A stretch of 64,000 bases of DNA from sequence record MW218148.1. One strand, written 5' to 3'. Every line of letters begins with the position of its first letter. Positions within the stretch are counted from its first letter, which is position 1. The position numbers were made by a program, and so were the translations under genes. Under the pieces are notes generated by a model that did not search any database, had not been told where the DNA came from, and saw only the letters and a list, made by a program, of their open reading frames with translations. Of the stretch, positions 1 through 10,700 are shown piece after piece.

Positions 1-1
1 A

Positions 2-445
2 GCTCAATACGTTAAATCATTGTATAATTTCTTCGTATTAAATAAAAAAGAAAATATGAATAATCTATTTATTAATTATATTGAGAAGAATATTAAACAA
101 CTAGCTAAAACTTATAAAGATAGTATTGATGGAGATGAAGTTAATTCTTTATCTTATAGTAACTTAAAGAAAACTATCAATAATGATTATACTCCTCTAG
201 TATATTCTATTCCAGATATCATAGAGAATATTCATATCAATGATAATGAGGATGTAATCGATACAATTATTTATGATGAAGAATCTGAATTAAATAATCA
301 CTTAATTGATAAAATGTTAGTAGAACAATCTGTTACAGATGTTAGATTTGATAATCATTTAATTAATGTATTTAGAGATTCATTTATTGATAATAATGTA
401 CTTTATAGAGAAGTTCAATACTACTTTATTGATACTTATAAATAA
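2..445 (+). CDS. Hypothetical protein, 5-prime truncated by the window edge
   Basis: Frame is open from base 2 to TAA at 445; no RBS visible before the TTG at 20. Confidence 0.6.
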   Translation, partial: AQYVKSLYNFFVLNKKENMNNLFINYIEKNIKQLAKTYKDSIDGDEVNSLSYSNLKKTINNDYTPLVYSIPDIIENIHINDNEDVIDTIIYDEESELNNHLIDKMLVEQSVTDVRFDNHLINVFRDSFIDNNVLYREVQYYFIDTYK

Positions 446-469
446 TTCAAAATTAAAGGAGAAAGAATA

Positions 470-1222
470 ATGAACGAAGAAAAAGAAATTAAGGATTTGA
501 CTATAGAAGAATTAGAACATGATATTGAAAAAACAAATGATGATTTTGTAAAAGAAAATGAAAAGATTGAAAAAGAAATTGAAGAAACACAAGAAGAAAT
601 TAATAAAGAAATTGCCGAGTATTATGGTAAAGATAAAATTGATATTAATGATACAATTTCAGTTGATGCCAAAGTTGCTCGATACCAAGAAAAATTGGAC
701 TTTATTAAAGGAGATCTATCTTTTGAGAATGAAGAAGACATTCCTGAAAGATTAAGACCATTTAAAAACTTTAAAATTGAAGATACTAGCGTAATTGAAA
801 ATATTATTCAACAAATTAAAGATAGTAAAGAAGCTAAACATTTAGTTGAGAATATTCGAATTAGTAAACTTCCAGTGAATGATAATAAACTTAAAAAGAT
901 TAATGAAAAATTAAATCTTAAAATATATAGATATAACAAACTTCGTGGAGAAGAAAATAATGAGCATAACTACATTGATTTAGAAGATATTTATGGAACA
1001 CTTAGAAATGCTTTAGACAATGATAGTTTCAAAGAATCAAATACATTATACAAGTTTATGTGTTCATTAGGATCATACATGTCTCAGAATTATGAAAAAT
1101 ATCCTTATTATATAAAATCTCTTTCTGAAAATGTTGATTATATTGGGAAATTTGGTAATAAATTAGATCAGAACGAAAAATTTATCCAAGTTATAAATAG
1201 TATCTTAAAAAGATACCAATAA
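470..1222 (+). CDS. Hypothetical protein with acidic coiled-coil N-terminus
   Basis: 250-aa ORF, AAAGGAG RBS. Confidence 0.75.
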   Translation: MNEEKEIKDLTIEELEHDIEKTNDDFVKENEKIEKEIEETQEEINKEIAEYYGKDKIDINDTISVDAKVARYQEKLDFIKGDLSFENEEDIPERLRPFKNFKIEDTSVIENIIQQIKDSKEAKHLVENIRISKLPVNDNKLKKINEKLNLKIYRYNKLRGEENNEHNYIDLEDIYGTLRNALDNDSFKESNTLYKFMCSLGSYMSQNYEKYPYYIKSLSENVDYIGKFGNKLDQNEKFIQVINSILKRYQ

Positions 1223-1259
1223 TAAATTAATAAAATTAAAAGAGAGAGGTTTTTGAAAG

Positions 1260-1499
1260 ATGGAAAATATTAGATTTTTTACTAAGAACAATTGTGCTAA
1301 ATGTGGTTTCAGTAAGATGTTTTTAAATAACAAAGGAATTAAATATACTGAGATTAATATCGATGAAGATGAAAGTGCTAAAGAGGAACTTATGTCTAAA
1401 GGATATCAATCTCTACCTGTAATTGATTTTGGTACAGAAGTAATTGTTGGAAACGATCCAGCTAAATTAAATCAAATTTTATCTACTGTAACAGCTTAA
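1260..1499 (+). CDS. nrdH: NrdH-like glutaredoxin/redoxin
   Basis: 79 aa, CAKC (CxxC), NID..E..GY.SLPV motif, near nrdIEF. Confidence 0.9.
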   Translation: MENIRFFTKNNCAKCGFSKMFLNNKGIKYTEINIDEDESAKEELMSKGYQSLPVIDFGTEVIVGNDPAKLNQILSTVTA

Positions 1500-1528
1500 T
1501 TATTAAATATTAGAAAGGATGTTTCATA

Positions 1529-1732
1529 ATGATTGAAACTATTTTCAATAATGCCGAAGAAGTTGACTTTAAAAAGTTATCTGAAATGGCTAAAAATAAT
1601 GATGCAGAATTAAACAATAAACCATTACATGTTGGAGCTTATGAATATAATTTCAGTATTGATGGTTGGAATTTTTCTTTTGTTTCAGATGGAAATACTT
1701 GGAAATGGGAATACGCACAAGTTAACCAGTAA
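1529..1732 (+). CDS. Hypothetical protein
   Basis: 67-aa ORF, AAAGGA RBS, followed by a terminator. Confidence 0.7.
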   Translation: MIETIFNNAEEVDFKKLSEMAKNNDAELNNKPLHVGAYEYNFSIDGWNFSFVSDGNTWKWEYAQVNQ

Positions 1733-1739
1733 TACAATT

Positions 1740-1777
1740 GATCTATCATGAGGATAACTCATGATGGATCTATTTTT
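1740..1777 (+). terminator. Intrinsic terminator
   Basis: GATCTATCATGAG-gataa-CTCATGATGGATC hairpin plus T tract. Confidence 0.7.
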
Positions 1778-1809
1778 AACGAAAAATAAATATAGGATGT
1801 GACAGCACT

Positions 1810-2553
1810 ATGGCAGATAGACAAAGATTAGCATTTAGTAAGGAAATGGAAAAAATGAGTGATACATTAGAAAAAAGAGGTAACAAAATTTCTAATGAAA
1901 TAGATACTCTTAAAAAAGGACTAAGTCAATATTATCAGGCTCTTCATAAATCAGATGAAAAAGGAAAAAATGATAATTTAGTATTAAATTCTATTATGAA
2001 GAATATTAATGTTTTAGGGTATTATATGGATAACGCTACTGAAGTGTATGGAGTGCCGGGTGGATCAGAAGATAAAGAAAATATGAATGATAAAGAATTT
2101 AAAATTCATATGAGTAAAGTTGCTAGAATAGTTGATCAAGGTATATCTGAATCTAAAAAGATAAATAACAATAAACCTGAAGAACATACTATTAGTTCTT
2201 CTGTTATTGATAAATACAATGATAAAGGTAAGCTAAAACTATTAAAAGGTAGATTGCCTAAAACAGTTGATACTTTATCTGATAAAGATAAGGCATTCTT
2301 ATCGGATCTAAAATCAGATATGAGTCTTGATAGTATAGGATTTGATTTTGATGAATTTAAAGAAAAGATTGACTCTCAATTAAATGCAGGTAATGACTAT
2401 GGAAGTAATATTAAACCTGTTTGGAAAAAAGATTATGATGTAATAATTATTAAAGTATATAAACGTTATAATGAAATACTTGACTTAGTTGAGAAAGAAA
2501 TTGTTCTTGAAAATAAAAAACGTATTTTACAAGCTATTAAAAATATAAAATAG
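1810..2553 (+). CDS. Hypothetical protein
   Basis: 247-aa ORF, AGGATG RBS. Confidence 0.7.
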   Translation: MADRQRLAFSKEMEKMSDTLEKRGNKISNEIDTLKKGLSQYYQALHKSDEKGKNDNLVLNSIMKNINVLGYYMDNATEVYGVPGGSEDKENMNDKEFKIHMSKVARIVDQGISESKKINNNKPEEHTISSSVIDKYNDKGKLKLLKGRLPKTVDTLSDKDKAFLSDLKSDMSLDSIGFDFDEFKEKIDSQLNAGNDYGSNIKPVWKKDYDVIIIKVYKRYNEILDLVEKEIVLENKKRILQAIKNIK

Positions 2554-2568
2554 AGGAAATGAGCTTAA

Positions 2569-2973
2569 ATGAAATTACTTTATTTTACTTTAACAGGTAA
2601 TAGTAAGAAATTTGCTGAGAAGTTAGATAGTAACATAATAGGAGAACCTATTGAACTTAATAGGGATAATTGTGAAAATATTGAAATGAATGAAGATTAT
2701 GTACTAGTATGTGGATCATATAATACTCCACATGCAGTATATAATCATATAGAGAAATTCTTTAATGTTAGTAATAATTTGTCATTATGTAAAGGTATAA
2801 TAGGTTCAGGGAATAGAAATCTTAATTATCAATTTTTAACTACACCTAAAAGATTATGCAGTGATTTTAATTTAGAATTAATTATGGGTGTAGAGTTATT
2901 TGGTATTAAAGATGAACATTTAGAAGTGAATAAAAAATTAGAAGAGTTATATAACTCTAGTATTATAAATTAA
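2569..2973 (+). CDS. nrdI: NrdI flavodoxin
   Basis: YFTLTGNSKKF and GIIGSGNRN motifs; directly upstream of nrdE. Confidence 0.9.
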   Translation: MKLLYFTLTGNSKKFAEKLDSNIIGEPIELNRDNCENIEMNEDYVLVCGSYNTPHAVYNHIEKFFNVSNNLSLCKGIIGSGNRNLNYQFLTTPKRLCSDFNLELIMGVELFGIKDEHLEVNKKLEELYNSSIIN

Positions 2974-2998
2974 TATATTGTAAGGAGACTTTAATAAA

Positions 2999-5200
2999 AT
3001 GCCAAAAGAAATAGACTTAAATTCAGAAAAATTTAAAGATTATTCATATAATGAATTAAACTCAAGAGGTTCACAATTAAAAGATGGTAATTTAGATTTA
3101 GAATTTGAATCAGCTTCAACTAAAAAATACTTTTTAGACAAAGTAAATAAAAATGTAAGATATTTTAAAACTTATAAAGAAAAAATTAATTATTTAGTTG
3201 ATAATGATTATATTGATAAAGATATGATAAATAATTATGATTTTGAATTTATTAAAGGATTAATGAAAGAATTAATGGCATATAAACATAGATTTACTCG
3301 TCTATTAGGTGCTAAAAAATTCTATGAACAGTATGCAATGAAAGATGATGCAGGAGAAATCTTATTAGAGCTATATGAAGATAGAATTTTATTTGTAGCT
3401 TTATATTTAGCTGACGGTGATGAAGAGTTAGCTAGAAATATTGCTAATGAAATTATTACAGGTACATTCCAACCTGCTACGCCAACATTCCTTAATGCAG
3501 GTAGAGTACGTTCTGGAGAATTAGTAAGTTGTTTCTTATTAACTATGGAAGACTCTCTTTCTTCAATTTATAGAAATATCTCTAATGTAGCTCAATTGAG
3601 TAAACGTGGTGGAGGAATTGGAGTATCTTTAAGTAATCTACGTGCTGACAATGATCCAATTAAAGGTGTTGAAGGAGCAGCTTCAGGAGTAGTTCCAGTT
3701 ATGAAAGTATTTGAAGATACATTATCATATGTAAATCAATTAGGACAACGTAATGGTGCAGGTGCACTTTACTTAAATATTTTCCATAAAGATGTAGTAA
3801 AATTCTTAGATACTAAGAAAGAAAATGCTGATGAAAAAGTAAGATTAAAAACTATTTCATTAGGCTTAACAGTTCCAGACAAATATTATCAATTAGTTAA
3901 AGAAAATAAATCATTATATACATTTAGTCCATATGATATTAAAAAATATTATGATTTAGATTTCGATAGTATTGACTTTAATACTTACTATGATATCTTC
4001 GTAGATGATAAACGTATTAGTAAAGAGAAAATGTATGCTCGTGATTTAGAAACTACTATTAGTAAATTACAACAAGAGTCTGGTTATCCTTATATCATTA
4101 ATATTGATACTGCTAATAGAGCTAATCCAATTAGTCATGGTACAATTAAAATGAGTAACTTATGTAGTGAAATTTTACAAGTACAATATCCTTCATTAGT
4201 TGATGATAATCAACAATATGTTAAAACAGGAACAGATATTTCATGTAACTTGGCTTCAACTATTGTACCCGGTTTAATGAAATCAGAAGACTTTGGTAAA
4301 TCAGTTGGAACTATGTTAAGAAGTTTAAATTCAGTAGCAGAAAAATCTAATATTGAAGCTGTACCTACAGTTAAGAAAGCTAATGATTTATTCCATACAG
4401 TTGGTTTAGGTGCAATGGGATTACACACTTATTTAGCTGAAAATCAAATTCAATATGGATCAGAAGAGTCTAAAGACTTCACTAATATCTATTTCATGTT
4501 ACTTAATTATTGGACATTAGTTGAATCTAATAAAATCGCTAAAGAAAAGAAAGAGTCATTCTTCTTATTTGAAAAAACAGAATATGCTGATGGAACTTAC
4601 TTTGATAAACGTTACATTGGTAAAGATATTCAACCTCGTACTGAAAAAGTTAAAGAATTATTTAAAGACATCTTTATCCCATCTGATTCTGATTGGGAAC
4701 AATTAAGAAATAATATTGTTATGGATGGTCTTTATAATCAAAATAGATTAGCTGTAGCTCCTAATGGTTCTATTGGTTATGTTAGAGAAGTATCACCTTC
4801 AATTCACCCTATTGTTGAATTAATTGAAGAGCGTGTAGAAGGTAAAACAGGTACTACATTCTATCCAGCGCCAGGTATCACTCCAGATAACTTTGAATAC
4901 TTTAGAAAAAATGCTTATCAAATTGATATGAGAGATATGATCGATATCTATTCAGAAGCACAATATCATGTTGATCAAGGTATCTCTATGAATATTTACC
5001 TAATGAATGAATTAGATCCAGAAATATATGAGTGGAAGAAAGAATCTTTAAATAAAGAAACTACTACTCGTGATATTAGTAGATTACGTAACTATGCTTA
5101 TAGTAAAGGTATTAAATCTATGTATTATACTCGTATCTATTCACCAGACCATGATGATAACCGTCAAGGTATTGTTGAATGTGAATCTTGTTCTATTTAA
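2999..5200 (+). CDS. nrdE: Class Ib ribonucleotide reductase alpha subunit
   Basis: FQPATPTFLNAG, VSCFL, SNLCSEI, SCNL, MYY and C-terminal CESC motifs; no intein seen. Confidence 0.95.
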   Translation: MPKEIDLNSEKFKDYSYNELNSRGSQLKDGNLDLEFESASTKKYFLDKVNKNVRYFKTYKEKINYLVDNDYIDKDMINNYDFEFIKGLMKELMAYKHRFTRLLGAKKFYEQYAMKDDAGEILLELYEDRILFVALYLADGDEELARNIANEIITGTFQPATPTFLNAGRVRSGELVSCFLLTMEDSLSSIYRNISNVAQLSKRGGGIGVSLSNLRADNDPIKGVEGAASGVVPVMKVFEDTLSYVNQLGQRNGAGALYLNIFHKDVVKFLDTKKENADEKVRLKTISLGLTVPDKYYQLVKENKSLYTFSPYDIKKYYDLDFDSIDFNTYYDIFVDDKRISKEKMYARDLETTISKLQQESGYPYIINIDTANRANPISHGTIKMSNLCSEILQVQYPSLVDDNQQYVKTGTDISCNLASTIVPGLMKSEDFGKSVGTMLRSLNSVAEKSNIEAVPTVKKANDLFHTVGLGAMGLHTYLAENQIQYGSEESKDFTNIYFMLLNYWTLVESNKIAKEKKESFFLFEKTEYADGTYFDKRYIGKDIQPRTEKVKELFKDIFIPSDSDWEQLRNNIVMDGLYNQNRLAVAPNGSIGYVREVSPSIHPIVELIEERVEGKTGTTFYPAPGITPDNFEYFRKNAYQIDMRDMIDIYSEAQYHVDQGISMNIYLMNELDPEIYEWKKESLNKETTTRDISRLRNYAYSKGIKSMYYTRIYSPDHDDNRQGIVECESCSI

Positions 5201-5214
5201 TTGGAGGAACTTAT

Positions 5215-5433
5215 ATGACGTTAAAAGAAAATTTTGAAAATAAATATAAATCTTTAGATAAAGAACCAGAAGTTTTAATTGTAGTAATTGAATTACCAAG
5301 TGGAGCTAAGGAAGTAATTTCCAATAGCTCTGACTTGGATAATAAAGTTCATTATTACTTAGAAAATTATGACGATCAATTTAGACATGTTAGAGATAGT
5401 AATGTGCAGATAATTGACTTCATATTAATTTAA
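5215..5433 (+). CDS. Small hypothetical protein between nrdE and nrdF
   Basis: GGAGGA RBS at 5203 supports ATG 5215 rather than the track start at 5188. Confidence 0.75.
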   Translation: MTLKENFENKYKSLDKEPEVLIVVIELPSGAKEVISNSSDLDNKVHYYLENYDDQFRHVRDSNVQIIDFILI

Positions 5434-5458
5434 AAATAAAGAAAAAGGATGAAGTTAA

Positions 5459-6529
5459 ATGGCTACGGAGAATTTTTTAACTAGTTATACAAAAGATAAA
5501 GGTTACTACTCACCAGTTAACTGGAATAGAGTAGATGATTATGTAGATATTATGACATATGACACTTTAGTATCTCAATTCTGGACATCAACACGTATTC
5601 CAGTATCTAATGATATTAAAGCTTGGTCTAAAACTGATGATTTGACTAAAGGAGTAGTTAATAAAGTATTTGCTGAATTAACTATTTTAGATACACTTCA
5701 ATCTCGTGAAGGATCTGATGCTTTAATGCATAGTGCATTAACTACATTAGAAGAAGATGTATTAAGAAATATTGGTTTTATGGAGTCAATTCATGCTCGT
5801 AGTTATAGTACTATTTTTACTACATTATGTACTTCAAAAGAAGTAGATGAAAACTTTGAATGGGCAGAAAATAATAAATACGTACAGAAGAAAATTAAAT
5901 TGATAAATGAAGCTTATCAATCTGGAGACATTCTTAAAGTTCAAGCAGCTTCAGTATTCTTAGAATCATTCTTATTCTATTCAGGTTTCTATACTCCTTT
6001 AAGATTAAAAGACAGCCTTAAATCAGTTCTTGAAATCATAAAATTAATCTTAAGAGATGAGTCTGTTCATGGTTCATATATTGGATATAAATTCAGTAAG
6101 AGATTTGAAAAACTTGATGAAGAAAAACAAACTGAAATCAAGATGTGGGTAACTAATTTACTATTTGAACTTTATCAAGTTGAATGTGAGTTCATTGAAG
6201 AAGTTTATACTGAAATTGGTTGGGCTGAAGATGTTAAATTATTTGCTCAATATAATGCTAATAAAGCATTATTAAATCTTAAATTAGATCCTATTTTTGA
6301 AACTACTGACGAAGATGTAAATCCTATTGTAATGGCAGGATTAAAAACTTCTACAGCTAATCATGATTTCTTCTCTCAAGAAGGAAATGGTTACTTATTA
6401 GGTAAAGCTGAAAATACTAAAGAAGAAGACTATGATTCAATCGATACTAATGAAATTAATAAAAATATTCTTGAATCATATAAAGATAAAGCGGATGACA
6501 GATTTAATCATTCATACTATATAGACTAA
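5459..6529 (+). CDS. nrdF: Class Ib ribonucleotide reductase beta subunit
   Basis: LTILDTLQ, MESIHARSYS, LESFLFYSGF, RDESVH: all metal ligands and the radical Tyr are present. Confidence 0.95.
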   Translation: MATENFLTSYTKDKGYYSPVNWNRVDDYVDIMTYDTLVSQFWTSTRIPVSNDIKAWSKTDDLTKGVVNKVFAELTILDTLQSREGSDALMHSALTTLEEDVLRNIGFMESIHARSYSTIFTTLCTSKEVDENFEWAENNKYVQKKIKLINEAYQSGDILKVQAASVFLESFLFYSGFYTPLRLKDSLKSVLEIIKLILRDESVHGSYIGYKFSKRFEKLDEEKQTEIKMWVTNLLFELYQVECEFIEEVYTEIGWAEDVKLFAQYNANKALLNLKLDPIFETTDEDVNPIVMAGLKTSTANHDFFSQEGNGYLLGKAENTKEEDYDSIDTNEINKNILESYKDKADDRFNHSYYID

Positions 6530-6538
6530 TAAAACAAT

Positions 6539-6576
6539 TCCCTAACATTCTTAATTGAGTGTTAGGGATTTTATTT
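6539..6576 (+). terminator. Intrinsic terminator after nrdF
   Basis: TCCCTAACATTC-ttaatt-GAGTGTTAGGGA plus T tract. Confidence 0.85.
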
Positions 6577-6593
6577 CGTATAAATTACTCTGT

Positions 6594-6605
6594 AACAAAG
6601 TTATA
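6594..6605 (+). promoter_or_regulatory. Putative late promoter AACA-N6-TA
   Basis: AACA AAGTTA TA; matches the AR9-type late consensus and recurs before structural genes. Confidence 0.55.
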
Positions 6606-6627
6606 TCTTATTTAATGAAAGGAGACA

Positions 6628-7383
6628 GTGGAACTCTTGAAGATAAAGGAATTCAAAAGGGATGGAAACTCTATTGTATTTACTGGTGAAATATTAGATA
6701 TCTATATCCCTAGAGAACAATTTAAAAAAGGATTATCTGAACATCGTGGTGAGTATATTAATACTTATGGGATGTTCCAATTTGAAATTAAAACTGAGAA
6801 ACAAGCTGAAGAAGGTAAACAAGGTGTTTTAAGAAAAATGAAATACCCGAACCCTATTGACTTTAACTATGTAGAGAATTTTAAGTTTGATGGAAAACTG
6901 TCAGATAACATGGATTCAATACAGTATGAAGTATTTAGATTAAGAACAGGTTGTCAATTTGTAGCTAATGTTAACATTGAACAATCTGCTGAAACAGTTA
7001 AGAATTTCTTATTCTTATTCCATGCAGGTAAATTGCCTACATTTATAAATTATAATGATATTATTAAACTACATTATGATGTATTGGATAGTAATAAAGT
7101 AAACTTAAAATCCAACTCATTAACTTATGAATTAATAATAGCTGAATTATGTAGATATAAAGAAAATGTAGAAACACCTTACAGAATAGCTTTAAATAAA
7201 AAACAAAATGTTGGTCCTTTAGATTATATTAACTATAACCTTAAGAAATTACCTAACCTTAACTCTACATTTGCTTCATTCACATTTGAAGGTATGGATG
7301 ATACTATTGTAACGTCCATAGGTAGAACTGCTAAAGGTGGTAAAGAAAAACGATCTCCTTTAGAAGATGTTATGAAATACTAA
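6628..7383 (+). CDS. Probable RNA polymerase beta-prime C-terminal fragment (possibly virion RNAP)
   Basis: GTG start with AAAGGAG. C-terminal half YELIIAELCR...NSTFASFTFE resembles beta-prime HIEVIVRQM...SFISAASFQE. Confidence 0.5.
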   Translation: MELLKIKEFKRDGNSIVFTGEILDIYIPREQFKKGLSEHRGEYINTYGMFQFEIKTEKQAEEGKQGVLRKMKYPNPIDFNYVENFKFDGKLSDNMDSIQYEVFRLRTGCQFVANVNIEQSAETVKNFLFLFHAGKLPTFINYNDIIKLHYDVLDSNKVNLKSNSLTYELIIAELCRYKENVETPYRIALNKKQNVGPLDYINYNLKKLPNLNSTFASFTFEGMDDTIVTSIGRTAKGGKEKRSPLEDVMKY

Positions 7384-7404
7384 TTTAGGAGGAATAAATT
7401 TATT

Positions 7405-7605
7405 ATGAAAATATTCTGGAAAGTTTCAAAGATATTACTTAAATTATCTAGAAGTGTATTAACATTTATTGAGTTTAACGCTAATAAAAAGAAATATCCA
7501 CCTTATTTGTCATTCTTATTATTTCATGAGATAATCACTTGGGAACAAATACCAGATGAATTTAAAGATGAAGTTTTAAGAATAATGGAAGAAAGTTTAA
7601 AATAA
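7405..7605 (+). CDS. Hypothetical protein
   Basis: 66-aa ORF, AGGAGG RBS. Confidence 0.7.
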   Translation: MKIFWKVSKILLKLSRSVLTFIEFNANKKKYPPYLSFLLFHEIITWEQIPDEFKDEVLRIMEESLK

Positions 7606-7642
7606 ATATGAAACGTATCACAGTATATAGTTTTCTAAATTA

Positions 7643-7654
7643 AACATACTATTA
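7643..7654 (+). promoter_or_regulatory. Putative late promoter AACA-N6-TA upstream of the sheath gene
   Basis: AACA TACTAT TA. Confidence 0.55.
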
Positions 7655-7733
7655 TAAAATTTAATTATAATATAAAATCTATTGAAAATTAATGAGATAG
7701 ATGTAAATATTTGAAAGGAAGGTTACAAAACAT

Positions 7734-10700
7734 ATGGCAGACTTTATGTATCTCCATCCTTCTGTACAGACTCAAATCAACTCTTATCAAAATAATTACC
7801 CTACAGCTCAAGGTGCTGTAACATTATTTGCTGCAGACACTTTTGAAAAAGGTAAAGATGGAGTAATCGATTTTGTAGGTACTGAGGAAGAATTTATTTT
7901 TAAATATGGTGAACCAAATTACACTAAATACGGTCAATCTGCGTACAACATCTTAAACTGGTTACGTTCTGGTGGACAAGCATATGTATTACGTGTATTA
8001 CCTAAAAACGCTACTTATGCTCACGCTATTTTAAACGTACAAAGTAGAGTACAAAAAGAAGGTAAAAAAGTATTAACTGAATCAAACGAAGTAGTTAAAG
8101 TTGATGACGTTAAAATTCGTCCAACAATCGCTTTTGTTAAAAAGAATAACCGTAATATCGAAGAATTAGTAAATGAAATCACTTTAGATCGTGGAAATGA
8201 GCAAACTGTAGATGGTTATAATAATAACTTCTTAATGTTAGCTTACCCAAATGGTCGTGGTGAATCTTACAATGACTTAGGTATTCGTTTAACTTTAAAT
8301 ACTTCTTATGACACTAGTGGTCGTACTGAACGTGTTTATAACTTAGAAGTACTTGAATTTGATGAATTCAGTAATGTTAATGTAATTGATGGTCCATTCT
8401 TAGTTACATTTGATCCAGATTCAATTTCAGATACTGGTGAATCAATGTTCATCGAAGAAGTGGTTAACCGTTATTCTAAATACATTAACATTAAATTTAA
8501 CTTAGATAATTTCCATAGCTTAGCTAAAGAAATTAACCCTAATGTACATCCAGCTAGTATTGATGTAATCTCTGGTAGATCTAAGATGAATCTTGATGGA
8601 TCTCCTGAAACGTTCTACTCAGAAAAAACTAAACAATCTGAAGATGTACACTTATCATTACATCGTTACAATAACAAAGGTATTCCTGTAACTATCAGTG
8701 GTAAAAACGTATTGAACAAACCTGACTTTAACGATCCTGTTGAAAATGCATTAATTTCATTAGACAATGGTATGCGTGAAAAAACATTCGTTACTGACTC
8801 AGATCGTCTTTCTTACATGAGAGATCAATACAAAACTTTACGTTCTGACAGCTTTACAGAATTCAAATCATTATTAAATAAAATAATCGTGCCTGCTGGT
8901 GGATTATTTGAAGATGATGCAGGTAGTTTACCTAAAACTATTAAAGATAATTTAGTTTCTGCTAAATTAACTAATGATGATGTAGTTGCGGATATCGAAG
9001 ATGAAGAAGCAGTAGAAGAAGAATTAGCTACTAAATATAAACCTTCAGAAATTAACTTTGGTGGTACTCCTGCTGGAGCGGTTAAACGTTTATCTGATGA
9101 TTATAAAACTTACTTTGATGATTCTAATGAAGAAAACCTTTCTGCAGTACTTTCAGGTACAGAAGAAATTGGTTCTTTATTATTAAATGAAATCTTAGAC
9201 AATGGTAATAAGCTTAATGCTGCTTACGAATTAGTTTATAAATCTAATTCAGGTATTTCTTCTAACCCTAAATATCAAGCTGATGTTAAAGAATTACGTG
9301 ATGTATTAGCTCAAAAAGACCAAATTCGTATCTTTGGAATTCAACATAAATCTAATATCTTAGATATTACAAATGATGTTGCTGAATTACGTATTGGTAT
9401 GAAATCTGTAACTAACCTAGAAGGTATGTCTAAAGTATTGAATGATACTGAAACAGAATTACGTTATGTAATTGACAACTTAATGCCTGCTGTTCGTGAA
9501 GGACTTCCAGCTGATGCAGTTGATTTCATTAATACAGTTGATACAGATGGAGACGGAGAAAAAGAATTAGTTTCTCCTGAAGCTATGTTAAATTCATTAG
9601 CTGACAAACAAATGTTAGTAGATGATATTAGTACTGGTTTAATGGAAGACAATGCAGCTAACCGTGAAGAAGTATTTGTTGCTTGTAACGAAATCGCTAA
9701 CCAATTAGTTGATTTAATTAATAGAGCTGTTTCTGTATCTTCTGTATACAAAATTGCTCGTGCGGTACGTATTGCAGCTAATACTATCTATTATGATATT
9801 GCTACTTTCCGTAAGAATATTGATGAAATGATTCAAACTCGTTCTAACTATACAGAAAGAGATATTACTTTGAATGCTCATCAAAATATTGAATTAGCTG
9901 TTGCTAACTTGAATAAAGCTAACTCTAAATACTTCAATACTAATCTTATTGATGTATCTAGTCCAGTTAAATTCTTATTCGGTTCTGATGGTGACTTCTC
10001 TTATAATGAAGATATTTCTTATAAAGACCGTAAGAATTCAGTTAACCGTGAGCTTATTAAAGCTTATAAAGGTTTAGTAGACGAAGAAATTACAAACACT
10101 AAAGCTTATCCAATTGATGTTGTTCTTGATGCTCGTTATTCTAACGAAGTTAAGTTCGCTATCTCTGAATTAGCTAAAAATGTTCGTAAAGACTTTATCT
10201 TCTTAGCTGATACTATTACTGATCGTTACCCAGTTAGTCCTGAAGATGCAATTAGATGGAGAAAAGAAGAATTCGCTGTTTCTTCTGAGTATACAGCTAT
10301 TTACACTCAAGACTTAACTTACTATGATGAGTATACTGGTAGAGATATCAGATTTACACCAACTTACCGTTTAGCTTCAATGATTCCTTATCAAGCAATT
10401 AACACTGGTTTACACTATCCTCTTGCAGGACCTAGACGTGGACTAGTTGAAGGACATAAAGCTTTATCTTGGGCTCCTAATGAACCTTATAAAGAAAAAC
10501 TTTATGCTTCTAAACTTAATTACATTGAAAAAGACGTAGATAGAACTAAATTTGGTTCACAAATGACATCAATTAAATCTGATGGTCCATTATCTAACCT
10601 TAATAACATCTTTACATTAAATCAAATTAAACGTGATGCGGAATCTCTTGTTTCTGATTACCAATTTGAACTTAATGATGATGAAACTCGTTCTATCATG

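Noticed and set aside
5459-6529. Possible metal-free class Ie NrdF
   Set aside because: All canonical carboxylate and His ligands are retained, so it is an ordinary class Ib subunit.
7405-7605. C-termini IMEESLK (7405) and AIKNIK (1810) as tag members
   Set aside because: Only partial matches, with no Phe at -2 and no V/I at -6; not counted.
9464-9751. Other short ORFs nested in or antisense to long genes (e.g. 558, 4210, 4521, 9464, 11241, 20594, 40390, 56952, 58850)
   Set aside because: Fully overlap well-supported CDSs and lack RBSs or motifs.
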